A stretch of 64,000 nt of DNA from Hemiscyllium ocellatum (lineage: Eukaryota): contig NC_083419.1 in NCBI RefSeq assembly GCF_020745735.1, positions 51,308,135 through 51,372,134 on the forward strand, written 5' to 3'. Shown here piece after piece: positions 1-11,805 of this stretch. Below the pieces are notes generated by a model that did no database searches, was not told the origin of the DNA, and was given only the letters and a program-made list of their open reading frames with translations. The position numbers and the translations under genes were made by a program. Each line of letters starts with the position of its first letter. Position 1 is the first letter of the stretch.

Positions 1-590
1 ACTTTATTGATTGACAGGAGAGGTTGGACAGATTGGGCTCATTTCCACTGGACTTGAAGTCTTGACAAAGTGGTCTTGGAAAAGATATTTCCTATTTTTT
101 AACGAGATGAAAATTCATGGTCACCTTTTCTGAGCAAAGGCAGAGAATATTTTTCTCTCGGATGGTTGTGCAGGTTTGGAATGTGTGACCTCAGAAGATG
201 ATGGACATGGGGTCATAAAATTATTTTAAGACTGGGGTGGATCATTTCTTGCTAGGCAGGAGAAACAAGAGTTATGAGGAGTAGACGGTAATTTGAAATT
301 TGAAACACAAAATGATCAGTCATGATCTTCTGGCTCCTTTTCTGAGCTCGAAACAGTGGGAATGAAGCAGAAATACTGTAAATGGGAATGTCTTTTTTAA
401 AATTCATTCGTGGGACACAGACAACACTGCCTGTCCTTAGTTGCCCTCGAGAATGTGGTTGTGAGCTGCCTTCTTGAACCGTTGCAGTCCAATTGCTGTG
501 GCTTGACCCACAATTCCCTTAGGGAGGGATTGGCAAGATTTTGATCCAGCCTTCCTTAATTTAGCAATGAAAACAAAAACACATCCAAAT

Positions 591-887
591 GGGCAGCACA
601 GTGGTTAGCACTACTGCCTCACAGCGCCAGAAACCCAGGTTCATTTCCCGCCTCAGGCGACTGACTGTGTGGAGTTTGCACATTCTCCCCGTGTCTGCGT
701 GGGTTTCCTCCGGGTGCTCCGGTTTCCTCCCACAGTCCAAAATGTGCTGGTTAGGTGAATTGGCCATGTTAAATGTTAGGGGCAGGGGTAAATGTAGGGG
801 AATGGGTCTGGGTGGGTTGTGCTTCGGTGGGTCGGTGTGGACTTGCTGGGCAGAAGGGCCTGTTTCCACACTGTAAGTACTCTAATC
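591..887 (+). mobile_element. tRNA-derived V-type SINE (HE1-like)
   Basis: A/B-box-like head, central TGTGTGGAGTTTGCACATTCTCCCCGTGTCTGCGTGGGTTTCCTCCGGGTGCTCCGGTTTCCTCCCACAGTCC domain, CR1-like tail; multiple copies in window. Confidence 0.88.
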
Positions 888-1510
888 AAATCATTGACAT
901 CAATTTTGATGAGTTAAATTTGACCCTCCGGCTCAGAGGACTCCAGATGAAATGAGCTGCCTGAGGTGATCAGATTCTCTCACAGAACAACAGTGAAGCT
1001 CCAGTGATTTGAATTTCGGCTGAGATTTGGTTCTTCATTTAGAGAATCCAAAGTTAATTCCCATTTACAATGAGCTAATTACGTGCATGTACCTACATTT
1101 TAAAGCATTGATAAAATTACAGAAAGTACATGGTGTTCCCCTACAATTATCCATCCTACCATACAGGCTAACAACTGAATTTCTGCACTACATAACTGTA
1201 TCATTTTAGAAATAATTTAATGTAGAGAGCAATTCATGATTCAAAGTGTTACTGTCTTGGTGCATTGGTTTCCCACAACAATTTGGATTCATAAGACTAT
1301 AACTTCATCCTTCCAAAAGTCCCTTATACAAGGTATTGAACCAACAAAAACATAAAATCAAATGATCAGTTTTAGGTTTGAGCAGGTTTACATCAGTATC
1401 ATTGCAGCACACTATCCAAAATGTTTAACATCAGTTGCCTCACTTGAACCATTTCGATCTAATTCCAAGTCAGATTAGGACGATTTCTAAAGTATAGGTA
1501 CTTTAATAAG

Positions 1511-1563
1511 CATTTATAAGTATACCACATTTATAAGTATCTCACATTTATAAGTATATCACA
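1511..1563. repeat. 17-bp tandem repeat, about 3 copies (CATTTATAAGTATNNCA)
   Basis: Directly visible. Confidence 0.85.
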
Positions 1564-1798
1564 GTATCCCTTTCTTCAAACTCAATGATTGACAAGTAAG
1601 CTTTGTGAACAGAAATTATCAATTATACTTGCACAAATTCACCACCCTCGAAAGTTCCTTCTAATTTGACTAACTACAAATGGTCTGGCTGTACTTCACA
1701 AGAATGACTGTGCAAATTATTAAATCACTTCAGGTGGGTGTCTTAACATTCACTCTATTCAAGAAAATAATAGTTTGCACTTGTATAGCAGCTTTAAT

Positions 1799-1991
1799 GG
1801 ATGCAGGTTTGCTCGCTGAGCTGAAAGGTTCATTTCCAGATGTTTCGTTACCTTACTAGGTAACTCATGAGGCGCACTGAAGATGTTACCTAGTAAGGTA
1901 ACGAAACGTCTGGAAATGAACCTTTCAGCTCAGCGAGCAAACCTACATCCAAAAACTCAACCTGAGCTACAAATCTTCTCAAAACTTACTA
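1799..1991 (+). mobile_element. Short palindromic Penelope-type terminal-repeat insert with hammerhead core
   Basis: 66-bp inverted arms at 1799-1864 and 1885-1950; TSD AGCAGCTTT(a/g)AT at 1787-1798 and 1992-2003. Confidence 0.78.
1877..1910 (+). ncRNA. Minimal type I hammerhead ribozyme core
   Basis: CTGAAGA-T-GTTACC-tagtaa-GGTAAC-GAAAC-GTC. Confidence 0.7.
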
Positions 1992-3465
1992 AGCAGCTTT
2001 GATAGCAAAACATCCAAAGATGTTTAATAAGGAATTTAATCAGACCAGATTTGTTACCACACCGAAAAAGGAAATATTACAAGTGACTGAAATTTTTGCT
2101 AAAAAGGTAGTTTTAAAAGACTGCAATAAAGAAGAAAGCATGATTCCACTTATGAAAGGAATTTCAGAGCGTAGGCTGGTTGCACAGTCACCAACGGTGA
2201 AGCAAAGAATGTCTTGGATTATTAAGGGATGGGCGTCAGATGAATGCAGAGTTCTTGGAGGAGTCCAGAGGTGGAGGTTAGAAACAGGAAGGAGAAAGGC
2301 CCTGGAATTGTACATCTCACCTTGTTCCAACCCTCCCCTCAAAGAAACAAATCTGACACATGCCCTAGCTGCATTTCAAGTTTCTCACCAAAAGTATTTT
2401 CACTGTTTCCTTCCCTTAGTCAGTACGCAGAGTGACTTTTCATCTTCAATGGAAGTTTAGGCTACAGTGGAAAGCACTCCAGGATTTTTTAAATTAAAAT
2501 AATATAAAAATGCAAGTTGGTGTTGTTGCTGAGTAGCACCCGAATGTTCCATAATGCTTCATGGAGCAGCTGGACTAATGTGATGGATTCAGACCTAGTA
2601 GTGAAGAGGTTGGTGAAAGTTGGAGCCAATGATTTCATTATTGCTAACAATTAGTTAATCCAAGCTTTGACACAGCCAGGTCTGAGTACCAGACAGGAGA
2701 ATTTCCACACAATCGTTTTATTTTCAAAAGCCAAGTGTATTTTGCTTTTTGTTGAATTTTACAAAAGGCTGTGACAGATTTGCCCCTTATTGTTATTCCC
2801 TGCTTAGAGGTGGGAATAGTAAATGATCAATAAAATGTAAAGCTGCAAACTGCCCAGTGAAAAAAAAATCTAGTCATGAAAAAACTACAGTTGATGTTAA
2901 AATCAACAAAGAGAATGATTTAGAATGTTGGCATATGTTGTACAGCCCAGCTATGGGACACAGAGGAGAGTAAAGTGCAAACCTTCAATAGGGAAGAGGA
3001 AAACAAAAGAAAACGGAGCAGGGCTAGGTCATTTGTCCCCTCAGACCTGCTCCACCACTCAGTAAGAACACAGCTAATCTGAATTTAGCCTCAACCTTCT
3101 CGCCTGATTCTGATAACCCTGCACTCCCCTGCAGATTGAAAAGCTGTCAATCTCAACCTGGAATAAATTTAAAGACCCAGCCTCCACAGGTATCTGAACA
3201 GGGAACTCCAAAGATTTGCGTTCCTCAGAGGATTTCCTCTATCTTAAATGGCAACCCCTTCTTCTGAAGCTGTTACCTCAGGAACATCTTCTTCACAAGT
3301 AGCCTGCCAAACGATTCAGAATTATGGACATTTCAAAAGATGTCATTATTCTTTTAAATTCCAGTTAGTCGAGAGTCAACCTAGTGAACTGTATGTAGTA
3401 CTCTAGAGACAGTTTCATGAATGCTCAGTACAATTGTAGCAAGACTTTGCTATTTTTGTACATCA

Positions 3466-3694
3466 GCAGGTCAGACAGCATCCAAGGAACAGGAAATTTG
3501 ACGTTTCGGGCCAGAGACCTTCATCAAGAATGAGGAGAGGGTGCCAGGCAGGCACCCTCTCCTCATTCCTGATGAAGGGCTCCGGCCCACAACGTCGAAT
3601 TTCCTGTTCCTTGGATGCTGCCTGACCTGCTGTGCTTTAACCAGCAACACATTTTCAGCTCTGATCTCCAGCATCTGCAGACCTCACTTTTTAC
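3466..3694 (+). mobile_element. Short palindromic Penelope-type insert with two opposed hammerhead cores
   Basis: ~80-bp inverted arms centred near 3548; TSD TTTTGTACATCA at 3454-3465 and 3695-3706; homologous to the end of the 23215-23990 element. Confidence 0.85.
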
Positions 3695-4494
3695 TTTTGT
3701 ACATCATCCACTTTGCACTACAAACATTTGAATTGCCTTTTTAAATACTTGCTGTATATTTCTATTTATAAACCCAATTACATCCCCAATGACCTCTAAA
3801 GTATTTGTCAAACATGATTTGTCTTTCATAAAACCACGTGAGACTCTGGTTTGATTGTGTGATAATTTTCCAAGTGCCCTGTAGCTACTTCCTTAATAAT
3901 AGATTCCAACATTTATCCAAAGACAGATGCTAAGCTAACTGACCTTCCATTTCCCATTTTCTGTATTCCTCTTTTATTAAACAGGAGCAGTGCATTTGTA
4001 GTTTTTGTATCTACTGGGATCTTTCCATAATCTAGGGAATTTTGGAGAATTAGTCAGTGCACCTTCTACCACTACAGCCATTTCGTTAAGACTATCTTGC
4101 AGGCTATTCCATCCATAGGACTTGTCAATTTTAAAACTTATTATTTTGCCTTGTACTTTTTCTGTCGTGAAAATAATGGTTGTAAGTTCCATCCTCTCTT
4201 TTACCTGATTTTATGTTATTGTGATGCTTTCAGTGTCTTCTGAAATGAAGATAAAATATATTCGTTCAAAGGCAATTTCTTTGATTCCTATTATCAGTGT
4301 CAGTCTCTAAGGGGCCAATGGTTACTCACAGACACTGTGTGACTTTTGCTTTTTTTAGTTTACTCTCAAGCCATTTTTTTCATTTATTTTATCCTTCCCA
4401 AAAGATCCTTTACTGCAGGACTATGAATTAATCCTGTCCCGTTACAGATTAGCAGATCTAAAACAGCCTATTTCCTGATTGGTTCCACAACTTT

Positions 4495-4732
4495 TAGATT
4501 ACTTACTGTGTGGAAACAGGCCCTTCGGCCCAACAAGTCCACACCGACCCGCCGAAGCGCAACCCACCCATACCCCTACATTTACCCCTTACCTAACACT
4601 ACGGGCAATTTAGTATGGCCAATTCACCTGACCCGCACATCTTTGTGACCGTGGGAGGAAACCGGAGCACCCGGAGGAAACCCATGCAGACACGGGGAGA
4701 ACGTGCAAACTCCACAAAATCAGTCGCCTGAG
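4495..4732 (-). mobile_element. HE1-like V-SINE, 5'-truncated
   Basis: Reverse complement of the 591-887 family. Confidence 0.85.
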
Positions 4733-5149
4733 CTGGGAAGAACTTGTTGGAAGAAACTGTCCCAAACACAGAGGAACTTCGATTATCCGAATACCAATCA
4801 TCCAAAAATCGGATTATCCCGATAGAAACATTACATCAAAGACGTGTTTCCAACAGTGATTGTGTCTTTTGTTTCCAGTGATTAAACAGGCACCATCTCC
4901 AAATGACTGACCTCCCACTTCTCTCTCTCTCTCCCCAGACTTTCCCTGGAGTTCTACACAGGGGTGTACCCTAAACCCCCCACCCCGGGATAATCTCTCC
5001 AACATGGTCCTATACAGGGCAAAGATGGAACCTGTCAGAAAGGTGTGTGTGTGTGTGTACGCGCGCGCGGGCTATTTGGAGACTTACCCCACAAAGGCAA
5101 CTGCAGCAGCAGCGGTCTTGTTGTTGGTGTACAGTACAGCTGCTCTGAA

Positions 5150-7640
5150 CGGGGGTGAGTGGTGCACAGACGGGGGCAGTGTTGGACAGGGTTGGGGGCG
5201 GGCGGGGGCAGTGTTGGACGGGGTAGGGGCGGGAGTGCGGGGGCAGTGTTGGGCGGGGTAGGGGCAGGAGGGCGGGGGCGGTGTAGGCCGGGGTAGGGGC
5301 GGGAACGGTGTTGGACGGGGTGGGGGTGGGAGGGCGGAGCAGTGTTGGACGGGGTGGGGTGGGAGGGCGGGGACAGTGTTGGATGGGGCGGGGCGGTTAT
5401 GGACGGGGAGGGGGCGGGAGGGTGGGACGGTGTTGGATGGGGTGGACGCGAGAGGGCGGGGTGGTATTGGACGGGGTGGGGGCGGGAGGGCGGGGCAGTG
5501 TTGGACGGGGTGGGGGCGGGAGTGGTGTTGGACGGGGTGGAGGCGAGAGGGCGGGGCGGTGTTGGACGGGGTGGGGGCGAGAGGGCGGGGCAGTGTTGGA
5601 CGGGGTGGGGGCGGGAGGGCGGGGCGGTGTTGGACGGGGAGGGGGCGGTGGCGGGAGGGCAGGGGCGGTGTTGGACAGGGTGGGGAGGCGGGGCGGTGTT
5701 CGACGGGGTGGGGGCGGGAGAGCAGGGGCGGTGTTGGATGGGTAGGGGGTGGGTGTGTGGGGGCGGTGTGGGCGGGGATAGGTGGGCGGGAGCAGTGTGG
5801 GGGGGTGGGGGTGGGTGGGTGGGGGCGGTGGGGGCGGGAGTAGGGGGTGGGTGAGTGGGGGCGGTGTGGGCGGGAGTAGGGGGTGGGTGGGCGGGGGCTG
5901 TGTGGGCTGGGGTAAGGGGTGGGTGGGCAGGGGAGGTTTTGGCGGGGTAGAGGGTGCGTGGGCGGGGGCGGTGTTGCCGCTGGGTGGGCGGGGCCGGGTT
6001 GGGAGTGGGACGGGGCGGGTGGGCGGGGGCCGGGTTGGGAGTGGGTTGGGGGCGGGTGGGAGTGGGTCGGGGGCAGGTTGGCGGGGGCCGGGTTGGGAGT
6101 GGGTCGGGAGTGGGTCGGGGGTGGGTGGGCGGGGGCCGGGTTGGGAGTGGGTCGGGGGTGGGTGGGCGGGGGCCGGGTTGGGAGTGGGGCGGGGGCAGGG
6201 GCGGGTGGGCGGGAGCCGGGTTGGAAGTGGGTTGGGGGCAAGTTCGTTGGGGGCGAGTGGGCAGGGGCCGGGGCCGGGTTGGGAGTGGGTTGGGAGTGGG
6301 TTGGGAGTGGGTTGGGGGTGGGTGGGCGGGGGGGGGTTGGGAGTGGGTTGAGTGTGTGAGGGTGGGGCCGGGTTGGGAGTGGTTGGGCGGGGACGGATTG
6401 GGAGTGGGTTGGGGGTGGGTGGGCGGGACCGGGTAGGGAGTGGGTTGGGGGTGGGTGGGCGGGGGCGGTTTTGGAGTGGGTTGGGGGTGTGTGGGCGGGA
6501 GGGGGTTTTGGAGTGGAGTGGGTTGGGTATGGGTGGGCGGGGGCGGTTTTGGAGTGGATTGCAGTTGGGTGGGCGGGGGCGGTTTTGGAGTGGGTTGGGG
6601 GCGGTGTTGGACAGGGTTGGGTGTGGGTGGGCGGGGGCGGTGTTGGACGGGGTTGGGGGGTGGGTGGGCGGGGGCAGTGTTAGATTAGATTACTTACAGT
6701 ATGGAAACAGGCCCTTCGGCCCCACTAGTCCATACCGACCCGCCGAAGCGCAACCCACACAGACTGGGTAGTTTAACATGGTCAATTCAACTGACCTGCA
6801 CATCTTTGGACTGTGGGAGGAAACTGGAGCACCCGGAGGAAACCCACGCAGACACGGGGAGAATGTGCAAACTCCACACAGTCAGTCGCCTGAGGCGGGA
6901 ATTGAAACCGGGTCCCTGGCGCTGTGAGGCAGCAGTGCTAACCACAGGGGGTTGGGGGTGGGTCGCTGGGTGGTGGCGGGGTCCGTGTTGGGGGTGGGCG
7001 GTGGCGGGGGCTGTGTTGGGGGTGGGCGGTGTTGAGGGTGGGTGGGCGGTGGCAGGGGTGGTGTTGAGGGTGAGTGGGCGGGAGCTGTTTTGGAGGGGGT
7101 TGGGGTTGGATGGGCGGGGTTGGTTTGGGCAGGCAGGGCAATGTCGGGCGGGGGCGGTGGCGGGCGGGCAGGGTTGGTGCGGGCAGGCAGGGGTTTGGGC
7201 GGGCGGATGGGGGCAGTGTTGGGCGGGTGGGCGGGGGCGGTTTTGGAGTGATTTGGGGGCGGTGTTGGACGGGGTTGGGGGGCGGGTGGGTGGGGGCAGT
7301 GTTGGACGGGGTTGGGGTGGGCGGGTCGGGGCAGTGTCGGGCAGGGTTGGGGCGGACGGGGGCAGTGTCTGGTGGGCGGGGCAGTGTCAGGCGGGGTTGG
7401 GGCGGGTGGGCGGGGGCAGTGTCGGACGGGGGCAGTGTCGGGCGTGGTTGGGGCGGGCGGGGGCAGTGTCGGGCAGGGTTAGGGGGGCAGACGGGGGCAG
7501 CGTTGGGCGGGGTTGGGGCGGGCGGGCAGGGGCAGTGTCGGACGGGGGCAGTGTCGGGCGAGGTTGGGGCGGGCGGGCAGGGGCAGTGTTGGCCGGGGGG
7601 CGGTGTTGAATGGGGTTGGGGCGGGCGGGGGCGGGGTTTA
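5150..7640 (+). repeat. G-rich degenerate minisatellite (GGGGCAGTGTTGGACGGGGTGGGGGCGGGA-type and GGGAGTGGGTTGGGG-type units), split by a SINE
   Basis: Directly visible repeated units with extreme G/C strand skew. Confidence 0.95.
6681..6945 (-). mobile_element. HE1-like V-SINE inserted in the G-rich satellite
   Basis: Same central domain and tail; G-rich repeat on both sides. Confidence 0.88.
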
Positions 7641-9429
7641 CTGAACAGGGAGCAGACTTTAAAAACTCAAAGCCCTAGAGGAAAGGCACTTAATTGATTA
7701 ACCGAATAATCGATTATCCGATCGAAATAGTGCCCGCCCATCTTGTTCGGTTAATCGAGGTTCCCCTGTATACACTGTGGCCACTTATGCAATAGGAATT
7801 GTCCAATTGATCAAAATGGTCCCCTGCTATTTTTCGATTCATACTTGGTGCTAAAATGCAGCTACTCTTAGGCAGCCTGTAGATTTTTCTGAACCATAAT
7901 GACTTCTCTTATTTATTTCTCATCTTCAGCCAGACCGATTCAAAAATTTGATCTTCCATACAAAAATTATTCCTTACTACATTAATGATCTAATCCTTTA
8001 TTAACAGAGCCAGCTCACTCATGTTAACTTTCTGTTCTACCTCATGAAATGTCAAGCATCCCTAAGTATTCTTTTATATAGTCATTCAGCATGGGAATAG
8101 ATACTGTCAACCAACTCGTCTGTGCCGAACAAGTTACCCAAACCAAACTCGTCCCACTTATCTGCATTTGCCCCAAATCCCTCTAAACTTTTCCCAAACT
8201 GTCCAAACATCTTTTAAATATTGTAACTATACCTGCATCCACCACTTTCTCTGGCGGTTCATTCCACACGAGCTATCTATGTGAAAATATTGTCCTCCAG
8301 TCCCTTTAAAATATCCCAACCTTCACGAGACTAAGAGATTCATGCAGGTTTGCTCCAAGAAATGCTGAATTAAATCTGAGCTCAAATTGATTAAATTTCC
8401 AAAACATAGTTTCCTCTAGTCTGAATCTTTCTTAACATTATACCAAGGAAGCCAGAACCCCATTGTTCAAATTACATTTTGATATTATGTTGGTGAGACT
8501 GCCATCAGATGGTCAAAATTAGCAACAACATATTAAACAAGGATACCCAAATTATGAAGAAAGCAACTCCAAGGAAGCTTTTAATAACTCATTATTATTT
8601 ACTCGACAGTGCTCCTGAATATTTGCAGAATATTTCTCAGATTTCTTCGGTATATTGTTCGATTTTGTTATTCCCCAGCCCAAATTTAAAAATTGTGTCA
8701 GACTTCAGCTATTTATGAACAGCTTCCTCCATTGTTGCTTGGGCTTTTCACCCAAGTTTCGATGCTCACTTTAACAGTTCAGCTTTTATCCCAGGTTCGT
8801 GACTTAGAGCGAGGCTGTGGTCTCACACGTCTGCTTCCTGCTGTGGTTAGCTACAGTCTGTATTTGTACATTCATCCAGAATATCAGGCGATCTTGTGGC
8901 ACAGTGAGCTGTAGCTGACTCAGAAGCTCTGCGTTCAGGCCTCACTCCAAGAGCCTAAGGAAGGCCCATTCATAACATGGCCAAACAGGTTGGATTTCAC
9001 CGTATGAATCCTTCTAATATGTACCAGTGATGGGTAATATGAGGAGAGATTCCTGGTTGGGAAGAAATTGGAACCTCTACCATCTATATACACAACTATA
9101 GCATGCAACATGCATGTCAAAGTGAATACAGATTTTGTGAGGGAATGGTTGGCTCAATTAGCTGGATGGCTGGTATGGATAACATTGGCACTCTCAGTGT
9201 GGTGCTCGACCCCTTTTCTAAGTAAGGGACAGATTCTAAGCATGCATCCTAGTCTTCCTGTGTTAGAGCTCATAGCACTGGGCTTGGATCTGCTTTTAGG
9301 CAGAGAACTCTAGAAGATCTGGAATATTTTGGAACACTATAAGGAACATTCATTGATATTAACAAATTCAAAAAGCTTTGAAGCAGTACACATTAATTTT
9401 CTTTAACAAAATGGTAGGGAATGATTTCA

Positions 9430-9742
9430 CTCTTACTGAAGTCCATATAGATTACATCTACTGCTCACCTTCATCAATCCTCTTTGCCATTTCCTCAAAA
9501 AACTTAATCAGTTAATGGTTGTAATTGTACCAGTCTCCACCACTTCCTCTGACAGCTCATTGCATAAGCACCCTCTGCCTGAAAAGGTTGCCCCTTAGGT
9601 CCCTTTTATAACTTGCCCCTCTCACCTTAAACTTATGCCTTCTCAATTTGGACTCCCCCACCCCGGGAAAAAGAACTTGCCTATTTACCCTATCCATGCC
9701 CCTCATGACTTTATAAACCTCTATAAGGTCGCCCCTCAGCTT
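9430..9742 (-). mobile_element. CR1/HER1-like LINE fragments (minus); continues at 12690-12810
   Basis: [14 protein letters not shown] on minus; adjoining part [10 protein letters not shown] lies beyond the plus-strand copy. Confidence 0.8.
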
Positions 9743-10097
9743 CTCATGAACGAGTTTTTTGAACAAGTAACAAAGAAGATTTATGAAGGCAGAGCAGTAG
9801 ATGTGATCTATATGGACTTCAGTAAGGTGTTCAACAAGATTTCTCATGGGAGACTGGTTAGCAAGGTTAGATCTCATGGAATACAGGAGAACTAGCCATT
9901 TGGATACAGAACTGGCTCGAAGGCAGAAGACAGACAGTGGTGGTGGAGGGTTGCTTTTCAGACTGGAGGCCTGTGACCAGTGGTGTGCCTCAAGGAATAG
10001 TGTGGGTACACTGCTGTTCATTTTTAATATAAATGATTTGGATGTGAACATAGGAGTTATAGTTAGTACGTTTGTAGATGACATAAATTGGAGGTGT

Positions 10098-11805
10098 GGG
10101 GAGATCCAAGATGGCGGCGACTCAGCAAGTCTGAGTTTACAGTGCTCTTCCCAAAACCTGGGTAAAGTGAGTTACTCACCCCCACCACACTTACCAAACC
10201 ACCCAAAAACATTTTCTAACCTTAATTAGCTGCTTACTATTATATTTAAGCAGTTTAATATTAAGTGGATAATGAGTAAACCAAAGGGATCCCGCAGCTC
10301 TCAGAAAACAAAGACCCCTCCCCCACCCTCCTCTCCTCCTCCGGCTGCAGCTGATGTAAAAACAGGCCTTGAAGAGATGATTGCCAGGCTGGAAACGACA
10401 CTCGTCAATTTCATTGTAGAATCCAGACAGAGATGGAATGCATTCGAAGAAAAGTTACAAAAGCACAGCCAGGCTATTGAGGAATTGCAGGGCCGAGTGG
10501 AGGGGGCGGAGCTAAAGGCCACGACCTCCGAGGCTGCAGCACAAACAGCTGCAGAACAGGTGCGAGCTCTGGAGCAGAGAGTCCGGGCCTTTGAAATCTA
10601 CATGGATGACCTGGATAATAGAAATCGGAGAAAGAATATCCGTCTTCTGGGCCTCCCTGAACAAGAAGAGAAGGGACAGTTAGCAGTATTTCTGGAGCGA
10701 TGGCTGCCCCAGCTTTTAAACCTGGGGGCTGAAACTGACCGGGTAAGGGTGGAGTGGGCCTACCGGGTCGCAGCACGCGGATCTGGCCCAAACCAGCGCC
10801 CACACCCGGTCCTGTTCCGGCTGCAGAGTTATAGGGAGAGGCAGATACTCCTGGACGCCTCCAGAAAGCTTGGAAAGGATCCTAAAGCTATGATTCATGA
10901 AGGATCCAAGATTATGTTATTTCAGGACTTCTCCCCGGCTTTGGCACGAAGGAGGAAGGCGTTTGATGAGGTGAAGAAATGTTTAAGGAACTTAAATATT
11001 CAATACACCTTACGCTACCCAGCGACGTTATGCTTTAACCACGAAGGATCCGAGTATAATTTTAGATCACCAGAAGAGGCTAAGGAACTTTTAGACTCGT
11101 TTAAATAAATCGTAAGAGACAATTTATGTTGGCTTGCCTCTTCCACACTCCGTGGGGAGAAATGGATACTTTACTCTACTTTACTTTTGCTTCTGGGAGC
11201 AGGGTTGTCTTCCCTTGCTATTTTATGTTATTATACTTAACTGTAATTTGTTGGAGTTGTAATTTTATAGTTATGTGTGTTTGTACGTGGCATTGATGCT
11301 ATCAGATATACTCAGGTATGGGTGGGGAGGGGTGGGGGTGGGGCGCTCACTGTTAACTCTAGCTTGGTATTATATCTAAATCCTATTAAGGAGCGCCCGG
11401 GTCAAGGGTGGGACACTGTTTGGGAGAGGATATGGTGGACCTTTAGAAAGGAAGTAAGGCCCCCTGAGAACAAGGGGGAGGATCTCCATTCAAACATGTT
11501 TTTTTTTGTTCTTATTGTTTGGAAATAGTTTCCTTTTTATTATACTGTTATGAGTGTATTAGAGAACATTTTCTCTTGTTTGAAGGATGTAAGTGACTCA
11601 ACTATACACTCTGGATAATTGTGGATTAGATTAGTAGTTAACTGAGTTTCATTGTTTTTCTTTCTTCTTTAGTATCATTCCTTTGAATTTTGATGATTAT
11701 ATATTTAAGATCTATTTTTATATTAATGTTTGTGCTTGAAAGTTCTGTTTATTTTTGTAAATCTGTCAAAATATTAAATTTCTAATAAAAATATCTTTAA
11801 AAAAA
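10098..11805 (+). mobile_element. L1-derived ORF1-only (half-L1-like) non-autonomous retrotransposon, full length
   Basis: Starts GGGGAGATCCAAGATGGCGGC (L1-type 5' end), single ORF1, ~690-nt trailer, AATAAA at 11784-11789, A-tail, 13-bp TSD AAATTGGAGGTGT at 10085-10097 and 11806-11818; interrupts a CR1 RT just after its DD motif. Confidence 0.88.
10272..11108 (+). CDS. L1-type ORF1p RNA-binding/chaperone protein (coiled coil, RRM, CTD), 278 aa, intact
   Basis: Heptad-like coiled coil, then DDLDNRNRRKNIRLLGLPE, AYRV, RP.PVLFRL, IMLFQDFSPALARRRKAF and LRYPATL motifs typical of L1 ORF1p. Confidence 0.9.
   Translation: MSKPKGSRSSQKTKTPPPPSSPPPAAADVKTGLEEMIARLETTLVNFIVESRQRWNAFEEKLQKHSQAIEELQGRVEGAELKATTSEAAAQTAAEQVRALEQRVRAFEIYMDDLDNRNRRKNIRLLGLPEQEEKGQLAVFLERWLPQLLNLGAETDRVRVEWAYRVAARGSGPNQRPHPVLFRLQSYRERQILLDASRKLGKDPKAMIHEGSKIMLFQDFSPALARRRKAFDEVKKCLRNLNIQYTLRYPATLCFNHEGSEYNFRSPEEAKELLDSFK

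Larger units (their letters stand above)
4769..7768. mobile_element. Non-autonomous Tc1/mariner (pogo/Tigger-like) DNA element, 3.0 kb
   Basis: 23-bp TIRs: CAGAGGAACTTCGATTATCCGAA (4769-4791) and reverse complement CAGGGGAACCTCGATTAACCGAA (7746-7768); TA on the right, CA on the left; subterminal GATTATCCG repeats; no transposase. Confidence 0.8.

Noticed and set aside
591-660. tRNA-like A and B boxes
   Set aside because: SINE heads without a full cloverleaf, fused to the V domain; not tRNA genes.
561-955. ORFs of 60-102 aa (also at 4599-4805, 30993-31256, 61785-62029, 63704-63961)
   Set aside because: Translations of SINE copies; the same peptides recur at each copy.
1999-2460. 153-aa ORF
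   Set aside because: Non-ATG start, no recognisable domain or splice context, and appears to overlap an old LINE relic.
5004-7697. Many long Gly/Trp/Arg-rich and Pro/His-rich ORFs, including 385 aa at 5084..6241
   Set aside because: Artefacts of a stop-poor G-rich satellite; open in several overlapping frames with no domain signature.
10272-11108. Domesticated L1TD1-like host gene
   Set aside because: The ORF sits within element termini with polyA and a perfect TSD inside a CR1 copy, so a recent insertion is the simpler explanation.
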